64,000 nucleotides of DNA from Paraphysomonas bandaiensis (Eukaryota > Protista > Chrysophyceae). The stretch spans positions 62,001 to 126,000 of the forward strand of contig CBFFRP010000152.1 in NCBI GenBank assembly GCA_965644295.1. Reading direction: 5' to 3'. The stretch's first letter is position 1. The number at the start of each line of letters is the position of its first letter. Positions 26,337-39,900 of the stretch are shown here, in pieces. The notes under the pieces are model-generated. The model saw only the letters and a list, made by a program, of their open reading frames with translations. It did not search any database and was not told the DNA's origin. The position numbers and the translations under genes were made by a program.

Positions 26337-27533
26337 TTATGCGCGAGTTGCCGTGCTGCGGGTGTTTCTTCTCCTCGTTGTGCGTGCCGGTTTCTCCACA
26401 ACGGCGGGAGAAGATTCAACCGGCTCAATCGGGTGGGCTTTCTGTCGGCGAGACTTAGACGAGGATGCTGTAGGTGTTTCATCAAGTGCCTTCCTTTTCC
26501 TGTTGCTAGCCGCTCTCTTCTTTTCTTGTTTCAGTGGAGCAGGTTCTTTTGATATTTTCGATCGGGCACTGCCCGCTTTTGTGGCTCTCCGCGTAGACAC
26601 CACAACTTGATGCTCTTCTATTTCCTCGCTCTCCTCATCACTATCCCCTGCTTCAGAAGAATCATCACTACTAGAGCTGTTTTTCAACTCGTCTAAGTTC
26701 ATTACCACTTTAAGGTCCTCGGGAGAGTGCACGTGATTAAACTGTATCCTTCGCACGAGCTGCTCAACATGCTCCTTTAATTCCTCTTGTGCAGCTTCTA
26801 TCTCAAGACGACGTGTGAAGGGCAAATCCTCTAAGGATGCACAATAGACGCCAGCTTTAGTCACTATGTTATGTAGAGTTTCCTTCACCCGGTTGGGGTC
26901 TTTAAATTCCCCTGCCATCATGGCGAGGCACAAAACGTTATCGATATCATCCAATGCGTTGTCCTTTATCTCAGTAACCACATCGTCCACTCCCTCTGAC
27001 AGTGTGGACTCTGCAAGCTTAAATAATAGGCGATTTAACTCGTCTCGACGTCGATGCTTCACCGGAAGAGATACATTGAGTTCCTCGAGCTCTGCAGTAC
27101 AGGAGAAAATCATGTTCTCTATAACAGCCCGCATTTCCACCATGCAACACTCATCTAAGTAACTGTCATCATTATCACTAGCAGAGCACTCCCCATCCAA
27201 GTGACGCTTAATTACGGCTTCAAATAAAGACTGTGCATTGAACAGTGTGGTTAACAGCCGTTTAATTACATGTTTATGAGTGTTAGCGAATTGCTCTACG
27301 TCTTCAAGTATAGCCGACATACCCAAGAGTCCTAGGTCCGTTACAGACTGCATTGATCGCAGAGGAGATATAAGTTGAGATATTTCTTTGCATAGACCGT
27401 TTAGTTTGACGTCAACGATTGAGTTAGTGTGTTCCACTGATGCCACATAGCAGTCACATTTCCTGGCGATAGATTGCTTTATTTTACTGGATTCTGCCCA
27501 GGCTTGATCCTCAATGCTGTTAATGTTACCCAT
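26337..27533 (-). CDS. Hypothetical protein, helical N-terminus with acidic then basic (NLS-like) disordered tail
   Basis: 398-aa intact ORF with MGN start (possible myristoylation); no recognised domain. Confidence 0.7.
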   Translation of the reverse strand: MGNINSIEDQAWAESSKIKQSIARKCDCYVASVEHTNSIVDVKLNGLCKEISQLISPLRSMQSVTDLGLLGMSAILEDVEQFANTHKHVIKRLLTTLFNAQSLFEAVIKRHLDGECSASDNDDSYLDECCMVEMRAVIENMIFSCTAELEELNVSLPVKHRRRDELNRLLFKLAESTLSEGVDDVVTEIKDNALDDIDNVLCLAMMAGEFKDPNRVKETLHNIVTKAGVYCASLEDLPFTRRLEIEAAQEELKEHVEQLVRRIQFNHVHSPEDLKVVMNLDELKNSSSSDDSSEAGDSDEESEEIEEHQVVVSTRRATKAGSARSKISKEPAPLKQEKKRAASNRKRKALDETPTASSSKSRRQKAHPIEPVESSPAVVEKPARTTRRRNTRSTATRA

Positions 27534-27993
27534 TGAAAGAGTTATGCACGAGGCGGTATGGGAGGGGGTGGTAGTGTGGATGAGGGCGTGATCTGTTTAT
27601 CCACTCAGAGCAACTTAACTGTCAGATGCAATTGTTAGATGTAGTCTATGTAGTATACATACTACAGTGTATATATATATTACTACAATGGTATACTGTA
27701 CCTTCATACATGTACATACATACACACAAGTACGTCGTTGTAGTCTATTTCTACTAATGTATTCCAAGTATTCGTTACTGTAAAAAACGTGTCTGTTTAA
27801 GATACTTTCAGGAAAGGGAAGTATTGACATCTATATTCGCACATGATATACATACATATTGAGGTACCTCATCGTTATTACATACATATATATGCTGTAC
27901 TGTACCAATATATATAACCATATAGAGGCAGTAGTAAGTTCATCTCCTGCTGTAATTGGATATTATTAACAAATGTATGAATAAATCTTAGAA

Positions 27994-30900
27994 ATGGGAT
28001 ATTTCATGTGGTTTCAATTATTGTTTGTATCGATCTCATTTTATATATCTGATGGGGCGAAATCAGACAGTTATTGTATTACCAAAACATCTACAACATC
28101 TGGTGATGTATCTTGTTTAAATGGTGATATATTTTTAAAAGGAAAATACATTGAAGTTGGTATTAATAATGTTGGTTCTTATGGTACTAATTCAACTGCA
28201 CCAAATTCATATGTATATGGTGGAAAACAATTAGGTTTTATTGCAGATTTTGATCAAAATGGGTTTGATAGTGGAAGTCGATATACCCCTGGCTTTGCTG
28301 GTGATTATTTTGTTCCAGGAATACCTATTGAAGGTATGGTTTATTTGAGTATTAAGTTTTAGTGAGGTAAGATATCTGTTTGAAGGGTGGATATTGCAGT
28401 GGACGACCTCTGCCGATGACACTCTTACGAAGGTCAACGAAGGTCTCATGGGTAGGGAGGACATCAAGCCCAGCACTTTCAGCATCACGTCTACAGATTC
28501 TACACAATCTAGTCTGTGGGTGGGCCGATCTGGAGATGTTCAAACCAGCATTACTACGTCTTTCAACAATGACGATATGTTTTTTACAACTCAAATAACT
28601 ATTCAAAATGTTGGATCGGATGTCATCAGTGATTTATATTGTGAGTGGATAAAAATTATACGCTTGACATTTGTTTTGTGTAATGTGTAATATGTTAGAC
28701 ATGCGCACTGTTGACCCAGATCCGGCTCGTGTATTCTACGGTCGTTATGATACTCTAAACTATGTGAACTTTCAGCCGGCAGCTGCCGATGGTAGCGACA
28801 GCGGCCTTCCTGCGGAGTATGTGAATCCTCTTTACCCCGATGCAGCTTTGGTTAGTGCCACTTCGGACAAGAATTTTGCCTTCTATGTAGGCTTAGGTAC
28901 TATCCATCCAAATGCCCGGGTGTCACATTTCGGTTTCGACGAGATGTGTCCTTGCAATGCTTGGTCGGATGGAGAAGGCGATGGAACATGGCGGAGATAC
29001 GGTGGGAATGATGTACTGAACACTGTTGACTATAAATCACGCATGCGCAAGAGGGACGAGGCAATTCACTTGGTATTTAAGTTCGACAAACTGCAATCTG
29101 GTGAGGTAGTGCAGTTTGGATTTGCCTACATTCTAGATGCGGACGATCTGGTAGATGCCATCACACGTATCTCCATCGTAACAATTACGCAACCTACACT
29201 TGAGGTATCTGGGTCGCGCGTTACATATTCCTTTGTATCAACTCAAGATTTCTCTTCTGCTGAATACTACGTGTTCGGAGTAAAACCCTCTGTTTCTATT
29301 TTGCCTGACTGGTACAAGGTTGGAGAGTTAACTGTGACTGATAGTGGAGACGCGGGGGCAAATGTTCCCCATACAATCTTCTTTAATAGTTTTGATTTCA
29401 GTGATGGTGATGTAGTACTGAAGGTTTTAACATACTCTTCTTCTGGATTATTATACAGTGCTTCCAAGGCGGCCCGTATATCTAACACTGGTGTTGCTAT
29501 GGACTTCGCCGAGGATGAAGATGATAGCACATGCACATTCACTTTCCCTCAGGCACCAGCAGTTACCCTTACACTTGAAAAACTTGTCAGTACCGATCCT
29601 GACCCCACATCAGTGCGGTTCTTCCGGGAGACCTTTTCAGGGGGCACAGTGCATTCAGTCGCTATAGGCACAGACAACGTTGCTCCTTTTCAGGTTACGG
29701 TGTCTGTAGCTGACCTGAGCGCCGGGGATGCAGTGGTGATTAAGGCCCTTATTACCCATGGTGATGATATAACACAAGCCACCATATGTGGCGAGGCCGT
29801 GGCTGTAAACTATGCCCCTACTGATATTACTCTCTTTCCTGCTTCAGGCTTGACCGTGGCTGAAGGCACAGCCATTGGAACAATTTTAGGAGCTTTTGAA
29901 ACGGTAGATGCAAACGTTGATGATTCTCATACGTACACGCTCACCAATAATGGTGGGGGGCTATTCAGCATTGTCAATGGTGAGCTAGTTGTGGCAGGAG
30001 TGCTAGACCACGAGACCATGCCCACAATCACTATTCGCGTGCGAACTGACGATGGAAATGGCTTAGACTGTTGTTTTGAGAAGAATATGGTAATCTATGT
30101 GACGAACGTAAATGAGCCTCCTTCTTCTCCTTCACTGACTTTGCAAGTTCGTGAGGATTCCCCTCTTAACACTGCAATCCATACCATTGAGGTTATGGAC
30201 CCCGACTTAAACGATGCTCATTCCTTCTCTTTGGTGAATCCGTCGTCGACCTTTGCATTGAGTGGTACTGGAACTATCTATGTTAAGAGTGCCCTCGACC
30301 ACGAGACAAAGGACACTTATTTCATCACAGTTCGTGTTTTAGACAATGGTGTGCCTAATCTTTTCGTTGATGTTCCCTACACTATAAGAGTTACTAACGT
30401 CAATGAGGCACCGACGTATATAATTATCGATTATGTTGCCACAGTGGGTGGCCCATTTAGTAACGTAATGGAGAATACACCTGTTAACACCGTTGTAGGC
30501 CAACTTTCGGCGCAGGATCCGGATATTGGAGATAGTCACTCTTTCTCTCTTGTGTCGAGCACTGGTGGCGTTTTTGGAGTTAGACCAAATGGTGAGGTGT
30601 ATGTGCTAAGTCCGATCGACTTCGAGTCGCTGGGTTCGTTAGTCGCTCTTGCAGTCAAGGTTACGGATGCTGGTGGTCTTGACTATGTGCAGACCATAAA
30701 GGTGAAGATCGGGGATGACCCAGAGGTACCAGTTATTCCTAATAGTGAAATCGTGTGCTATGTGGACGAAGACCGAGTGCACGGAGAAACTGTGAAATCT
30801 GAGACACCTGGTGTGCCTTCGTACGATTGCGCCATCTATGCTTCTTCTGTTGACGGCACCGACCTAGTGTACTTCATTTCCTCGGACTCATCGGAGACAG

Positions 30901-33900
30901 GTAACTACAACGACGCGTTTTATCTCCATGACTGTGAAGGTTTGCTGTTCGTAAACAATGATCTGGATTATGAGAGTTTTAACAAATATACTCTTGTTGT
31001 TGGCGTGGTTACTGAAGGGGGTGCTATTTCATACGTCGATGTCGTCATTCATGTTGTTGATGTCAATGAGCAGCCGTCACTCACTGGGTCAACTTACTCA
31101 GTAGATGAACACTCTGCCGTTGGCACTGTTGTCATTCCTTCCTTAATGAGCCATCTTTCCGATCCCGATAGTCCAAGCTCTAGCTCTTTCACATTCACGA
31201 TTGTTTCGGGTAATAGTGGCGGCGTGTTCAGTTTTTCTGATCCTTCCACTGGCCAGTTGTCAGTTGTAACAGATGGACTAAACTTCGAGGCTATCTCTTC
31301 TTACATGCTGCAGATCCGTGTAACTGATCAGGGAGGGCTCCATTCAACCGCATCGTATACTATCAATGTTAATGATGTCAACGAGTACCCATGCTGTTTA
31401 CATGCGGTGGGCACATTCGCTACTATCGAGGAGAATATCGACACAGGTACTCGTGTAGGGATAGGAATAACAGCTTTCGACGATGACATCGGTCAAATCC
31501 TAACAGTTAGTCTCGTTGGCGGGAACACCGATGACGCTTTTTCTCTTACAGAAGTCGAGGAATCTGGCTCTACGTACTATTATATAGTGGCAGAGGACGG
31601 GTGTTGCGATGCGTCAAAGATACCAGTTTATCATTTGAGTGTGAAAGTTACAGATAATGGTTATCCACCACTATCGTACACGTGCGTTTACTCTATTGCT
31701 GTTAGTGAAAGCGAAAATTCTAATCCTATATCTATTCAGTCACCACTGAATTTTTCCATTGTCGAAAATTCGGGGCAGTATACGAATGTTGGAGACCCAC
31801 TTGATAACTATGTGACATCAGAATTTGATGTGAAGTGGTCGATTACAGATTACGGTGGAAATGTGGCTCATACATTCGCTATTAATGCAGTCACGGGTCA
31901 GCTGTTCTTGGATCTCTCTTTCTTGAGTTATGAACTCACTCCGGCTTTCAAATATGTTGTGACTGCACGTGACGCAGATGGGAACACTGCGGCCACAACA
32001 GTTAATATTCGCGTGGTAGATGTCGACGAAGCCCCGACCATGAGTTCCTGTCCTCCAGCTTTGAGGTATGAAAATGACCACACATGGGGAAATTTGTCGA
32101 TGAATGGTGACCCTGTGATTTATGAGGCTGATGACGACGACTCTACGTCGTTGACTTGGTCAATTGTTTCTGTGAATGGTGACTCTTCTCTTTCCTCAAT
32201 GTTCACCATAGTCCCATTTGACAGTGGTAGTAAAAGCGTATATATTCAGACATCTTGGGGTTATGATTACGAGTTTATCAACTCTTACGAGTTTGAGCTT
32301 GGTATCATGGATGGCAGCGGAAATTGTCTGTACAAGACTTGTACAGTCAGTGTTGGTAACGTTAACGATAATCCGACGATGTACTCCTCTCAAACGTGCT
32401 ATGTGTCGGGAAATGCTGACACAGGTACAGTTATTTGTGACGCCAATGCCCAGGATGGGGATTCCCCTACCGATCCGAACGGGTGGGGTACACTGACTTA
32501 TACCGCCAGTAGTCCCATTGATGGTGTCACTGTAGTGACTACTGGTACAATTGGCGAGATCAAGCTAACAAACTCAGTCCTGGGAAATGGGTGGTCGGAA
32601 GGCCAGACTATCACAGGGCTCGTTGTTCGTGCAACTGACGGGGGTGGCCTTTTTGTGGAGATGGATGTGACAATTGTGGTGATCGACACAAACGACCCTC
32701 CGACATGTCCATCCAATTCCTACGCCCCATTTCAAGTGGATGAGGGAACTCTAGCGGGTCATTATATTGGTACCCTGACTGGTACGGACCCTGTGCTCAC
32801 CATTACCGATGACATGTACCCTCTGGTCTGCGAAATTGCAGACGGCAATGCGGGTGGTCAGTTTGTCCTGAGTTCTGATTGCGTTCTGTCAACTGGCTCT
32901 GTGGCGTTGGATTACGAAACCAAAGCGCAGCATCAAATTCTGGTCAAGGCTACGGAAGTTACAGAGAGCCCGTTGTCAGTGTGGTGTGCGTTCTTTGTAG
33001 ACGTGATTAACATTCCAGATGAGGTGGATATGAGCCCCCAAACCTTTTATGTGGATGAGAACATTCCCTCTGGCCCTCTCAAAGCCGGTAGTGTCCCTGT
33101 AGGTCCTGTTATCGTTGCGGATCCTGAGGGCGGTGGAACTTTTTCTTTGTCATGCTCCAGTGTATCCGATTGTGGTGATGACCCCATAACTATCGATGCA
33201 AGTTCTGGGCGGCTCACCCTGAAGAGCGGATACAAATTGAACTATGAAGCGTTCAATATGTACAAATACACTGCGACTTATACAAGAGATTCTGAGACTG
33301 TATCCAACACTGTGACGGTGGTTGTTAACAACATCAATGAAGCGCCGTCCGCTGTATGTTCCGACTTCACAGTTGCGGAGTCTATTGGCAGTGTAACTGT
33401 TGGGTATATAGAAGCTTATGACCCTGATTTCGAACATGTCATTGACTTCGCGGCAGAATCATGCGGTAGCGATTGTGGTTTGAAGTATACACTGGTTAGC
33501 TGCAATGGTCCTTTCGAACTTCACGAATCCACTGGAAAGTTGTCAGTAACGAGCGGTGGTATCGATTACAGCAATGGTGACGTATATAATATTGCATATA
33601 TGGTAAAGGACCAGTATGGTTTATCGTCGGTGTGTTCAATTCGCGTGTACGTTACGGATGTAGATGATTGCGAAGTGACATCCATAACGGATATCAATGG
33701 CCACCTAGTAACAGCGGCAGACACTAGTGGTGGCTTACAACTCATTGTCATGGGAAAGAGCTTCGGACCTACTGCAAGCACTAGAGCTGAACTTGGTATC
33801 AGTGACTCCGACATATCTGTGTCTGCTCAATTACGTAGTGAAGCGTCCAGTGAGCTGTCGACGTATACGTATGACATGCATTGCACCATATACAGATCTT

Positions 33901-36900
33901 CTTCCGTGGATAACAGTGAGCTTCGTTGCTCTCTTCCTTCTGGTGTGGGTGCGAATCTGGGACTTGTAGTAACTATAAATACGGCTACTTCAAGTGATGT
34001 GGATACTTGCATTACACCATTCTCAGTATCGAGAGTGTCTTACGGACCGCCTGTACTAAACTCCATCAACCCAAATCCCTCTGATGATTCGGATTTAACA
34101 TTATACTTCTATGGGACCAACCTTGGTCCTGCTGGTTCTGCAATGAATCTTGTGTCAGGCACTTATAGCAATTCGTTTTTCTCGAATGAAATTGCTTGTA
34201 TCGTTGTTTCGTCACACACTCAAGTAAAATGCACTCCTACACATTGTTATGGTAGCTCGCTCTCATGGTATTTGACTGTGGGTGGGCAGCAGTCTAATAT
34301 TCTATCCAATGTTGCCTCTTGTCCTTCCCCTGAAATTACGGAAGTATTTGGTGGACTGTACCGAGAACTGAAGACATCTGGCGGGGAGGACTTCTATATC
34401 CGCGGGACGAACTTTGGTGATGAGATTTCCAACATAGTGGTAACATATGGACCTAGTGGTGAGGAGTATGTAGCGTCCTGTACAATCATCTACCTGGGAA
34501 CCCTGCTGCGATGTCTGTCAGCACCAGGGACAGGCGAAGGCCATACTGTCAAAATTGTCGTTGGGGATCAATCGTCATCATACCCCAATGCAGTGTCGTA
34601 CTTGACGCCCACCATAAGCGATATATACGGGCCCGGCTCACATAGCGGTACTCCGGGCAGAGAAGTCGTGTACATATCTGGGACTCAATATGGACCATTG
34701 TTTACGTCTCCATCAAACATTGTTGTCACATATGGCCCCACTGGAACGGAATACACTGCTGCTGATTGTCGCATAATCGCTGCACATGTGACTGTACAGT
34801 GTGAGACAGTTCCTGGAACTGGTGTGAATCATCTTTGGGTGATTGAAGTTGATGAGCAGAAGTCAAATGCTTACTCTTTCACCAATTATGCTCCACCTGT
34901 GATACATTACTACACAGGAAACGGAACAGAGTCTGGAACTGGTGGTCTACAGGTGGTCTACATTACTGGTGTAAATTTTGGGGCTACGTACGACACTGTA
35001 GATGCGGTGTACTACGAAGGCTACCTTGGTACTGTGTTTGATGCTACGAGTAAATGCACAATGTACACCCCACATGCGGTGTTGCGGTGCCTCACTTTAC
35101 CAGGCGCTGGATCTAAACTGGTGTGGACGATAATTGTGGATGGACAATCTACTACAACTCCATCGACGTCTTATGCCCCACCATTTATTTCTGATTTGAG
35201 TGGTGATGGGGTATATAATGCATCTGTGTATGGCGGCGAGTATGTCAATATATCTGGCGGTAATTTTGGCCCTCCGAACGCAATGGAGCTGTATGGTAAA
35301 GAGTTCTTGGAGTATGTTACATATGGACCCTCTGGTACTGAATACACTGCGCATGGATGTAAAATTTTATCGAGTGAACTTATGCAGTGTTTAACTGCTC
35401 CTGGGGTGGGTGGCGGGCATGTATGGAAAGTAAAAATTGCTGGACAGGAATCCCCTCTTTCTATTGTATCCAGCTCCTATTCTGCACCCCAGATTTTTTC
35501 TATCGTTCCTGATACAGGAAATACAGATGGAACCACTCTTGTATCTCTATTCGGCAGCAACTTGGCGACGCACACGTCCCCTGTTATTAAATTCGGATCA
35601 CAAGTTTTAAATGCATCCTCTGCTGGCTTTGATATGCTGAAATTTTTTGCTCCATCGATTTCGAACGTAACTCGCGTGCAGTATCTTATTTCAGTGATAG
35701 TTGGCAATCAGCAGAGTAACTTCAAAAGCTTCCAGTATAACTCACCACTGATTCGCTCAGTTAATGCATTTGCTGAAAGCGATGGGTCAACAACGTTGAA
35801 CATTCTTGGCTCTTCGTTTTCTCTTAAACCCGTCGTACGTATTCAAGTTGATGACAGGACTATTCTGCCGTCGTGTTCACCCTTGTCTCACAACGAGATT
35901 AATTGTAAAATATCGGTAAAATATGGTAACGTAACCGTCAGTACCCCTGTGGCCACTTCTAATGCACGTTACTTTCAATATGGTGAGCCAGTGGTTCTTC
36001 ACAGCGCACTCACTGGTGGACATGCAATTACGTCCGGGTACTCTCCTACCAATCCGGCAGTCTTATATATCATTGGTCAAAATTTCGGGTTCACCGTAAC
36101 AGACTTTGTGGTGTATATCGAGAACCGTGTCACCTTCAACACTGCCAGTTGTGATGTGATTAGTTTTACCTACACCAGCAAACTATCCCAACCCACCGCA
36201 TGGGAAGATCTAGCACAAAAAGTTAGCGGTGAGGATATAGCATCTGCCTTCCAAGAAGTGACATGCAAACTGCCTGCTGGGGAAGGCAAGGACAACTCTC
36301 TGAAGATTGCCAGGGGTGATTTAGAGTCACTTGGATGTGGATGCGATGTGTGCTCTAGCGAGACATGCCTCAGTTACTTGCCTCCATATATTGTATCCAT
36401 AACATCTCCGTGTGGAACACACGAGTGCGGGTCGAATATATGTGACGACGATGGCGATGATTCTATATTGACTGACGATGACTGGTGGCACGATGATGAT
36501 TATATTATTGAAGGAGACGACATTCTCCATGATGACGATATTGTTGTCACAGGAGACGATGATATATCCGGATTTGATGACGACAAGTCTACTAAGGACG
36601 ACGACAAGTCCAGCAAGGATGATGACAAGTCGACTAAGGATGACGATAAGTCCAGCAAGGATGATGATAAGTCGAGTAAGGATGATGACAAGTCCATGAA
36701 GGATGACGACAAGTTGACTAAGGATGATGACAAGTCGATGAAAGATGATGACAAGTCGATTAAGGATGACGATAAGTCTACTAAGGATGATGACAAGTCC
36801 ACTAAAGATGATGACAAGTCGACTAAGGATGATGATAAGTCGAGTAAGGATGATGACAAGTTAACAAAGGATGACGACAAGTCCACTAAGGATGACGATA

Positions 36901-39900
36901 AGTCGAGTAAGGATGATGACAAGTCGAGTAAGGATGACGATAAGTCTACTAAGGATGATGACAAGTTAACAAAGGATGACGACAAGTCCAGCAAGGATGA
37001 TGATAAGTCGAGTAAGGATGACGATAAGTCTACTAAGGATGATGACAAGTTAACAAAGGATGACGACAAGTCGATGAAGGATGATGACAAGTCTACTAAG
37101 GATGATGATAAGTCGATGAAGGATGATGACAAGTCGATTAAGGATGACGATAAGTCTACTAAGGATGATGACAAGTTAACAAAGGATGACGACAAGTCTA
37201 CTAAGGATGATGATAAGTCTACTAAGGATGATGATAAGTCGATGAAGGATGATGACAAGTCGATTAAGGATGACGATAAGTCTACTAAGGATGATGACAA
37301 GTCGATTAAGGATGACGACAAGTCTACTAAGGATGATGATAAGTCGAGTAAGGATGATGACAAGTCGATTAAGGATGACGATAAGTCTACTAAGGATGAT
37401 GACAAGTTAACAAAGGATGACGACCTGTCACCCACTCCATCTTCTGGAAGCCCCACTCATTCTCCAACTAAATTCCCTTCTGGTATGACCACCCCTAGTC
37501 CAGTGTTTGGTCCTGGTGAAGCGCCGTCGCCATCTCCCATAAATATGTGGACATCGTCTCCTAGCTCTGGGCCTACAATGCATTCTGTTGTCACACCGGC
37601 ACCAACTAAGTCTCCCACTCTGGCTCCCACATCGCATATTGCCCCTACCCCTATCCTGAGCTCAGGACCCACAACTGCACCGACTCGTATGCCGAGCAAG
37701 AAACCTACGACAGCCCCCGTTTCTGACCCGACCCCGCAGCCGTATTCATATCCTACACCAGGTCCTACTCCACGACCTGTCTACTACAGACGGGCACTCT
37801 CATCCACCGAGATATTGAATGTACCTACATCAGAGCGTCGCGTACTATACTACACGCCAACTTTCCACCCTACTCGTCAGCCTTCTGGCTATCCTACCAT
37901 TTCTCCTACCGTGTATTACCCTCCCACACGAGAGCCGACAACTGCACCTACGCGATCGCCATCACCATATCCGACTCGCTATCCCACTGCCCCCCCTACC
38001 GTATTTTGTCCTCCCACACCAGTACCAACAGATGTACCTACGAGATCACCATCACCACATCCGACTCGCTATCCCACGGCCACACCTACCGTGTATTACC
38101 CTCCCACACGAGAGCCGACAGCTGTACCCACGGGGTCACCAACTCCACATCCGACTCGCTATCCCACGGTCGCCCCTACTGTGTATTATATTCCAACATC
38201 TCGACCTTCGGAGCAGCCGGCATGCTCTCCAACAAGAACGCCCACATCGGCACCTTCTATCAAGCCATCGAAGTTACCAACACTGTTTCCGTCTTCTACT
38301 CCAACGGTTTTGCCTACCGTTGCTCCCACTTTGCATCCAACATCCAAACCAACATTGTACTCGTTCCCTACTCGCCCCCCAACAACTCTCCCAACGCCTT
38401 CTCCAAGTGGTGTACCCACTGTGCAACCCACATCTAGACCCAGCAGGCGTCCCACTCTATACCCGACGAGACCACCTACCCAGTTACCAACCTTAAAGCC
38501 GACATCTCCACCCACTCCCACTGCTATGGCACCTACTCCTTATCCCACTAAACGACCCACACACAGTCCGACTCGTCGACCGACTCGACGTCCAACAGCT
38601 TACCCTACTCCCACTCCTCCTGACGATGACAACGTCCCACCCACCGGAGATGACGATTCCTGCGTTGAAATTGCTGCATGCGGTAGTACGGAAGGAGGAT
38701 TCTCTATGGTTTTAAGAGGACAGAATTTTGGATCATCAAGACGAGTGTTTGTTGGGGAAACGGAATGGACAGTTGAAGACGCCAAATCTAATCATACATA
38801 TGTTGTTGTACATGGTCCTCCTGATGAAGGTTCTAATCTATTGGTCACAATGAGTGTAGGTAATCAGAATAATACCGCTCCGTTTAATCCAAATGACCCG
38901 AATGTATGTTATTTTTCGTATTTCATACCGGTTATCAGAAAAGGAATTTCAGATCTGGAAATCGGGACCTGTGATAGTCAAACTGTGCCAATACACGGTA
39001 GCAATTTTGGTATATCTGAACCGATTGTTAGACTCGGATCGAATAAACTAGAAGTAATTTCATTTTCCCAGAATTTACTTCTGGTCACTATACCTCCTGG
39101 CCAGGGCAAGGACTTAGTGTTGTCAGTAACTGTTGGCGACCAAACAGGATACTCTCCTGATACGTTCAGTTTTATTGCCCCATACATATCTTCCATTAGC
39201 ACCAATGGTACTGTGTATAGTGACGGTGGTCGAGCCAGTAATGTCACCGCCGTCCTGAAAGGGAGCAATTTCGGATACTTCAACCTGTCGTGGTCTTTAA
39301 CAGTCGGTCAGTTCGAAGTGCTGCCGTCAGATGTCGTCTCCTGGAGTTGTAATCGCATCGAATTTTTCCCTCCCGCGGGATGTGGGAAAAATCTTCGTGT
39401 AAAGTTGGCAGTGGGCGGTCAATTGGCTAGTAATGACCCGATTCATTTCTCTTATGCCCCGCCACTTATTACTGGCGGAGTATTACCATCTATTGTATCC
39501 ACAGACGGTACCTCTGTCATTGTCGTGTATGGAAAGTCATTTTGTGTTGACAGTATCCGAGTGTTCATATACGATAGACTTTATAAGACCAATGACAAAG
39601 ATCTCAGTCCTACCAAGTATCCCACACGAGCACCGACGTTTGCGCCAACACTTCGACCCACGTTGCAACCAACTCTGTCGCCCACTCGTATGCCTACTGT
39701 TCCTCCTACTGCTATTCCTCGTAGTCCAACTCCTGCGCCTGTGGCTACGAAGAAGCCGACCAATGCCCCGACGCCACGTCCTACTCGCCGCCCCACGACT
39801 CATCCTACACCATCCCCTACAAAGAAGAAGGACAAGTGGCATAAGGATGACTTAAATGACGATTTCTTCCCCACAGATGATAAGAATGTCGAAGACGATG

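Noticed and set aside
36500-37456. Antisense Leu/Ser-rich ORFs (also 39800-40411)
   Set aside because: Shadow frames of the DDDKSxK coding repeats
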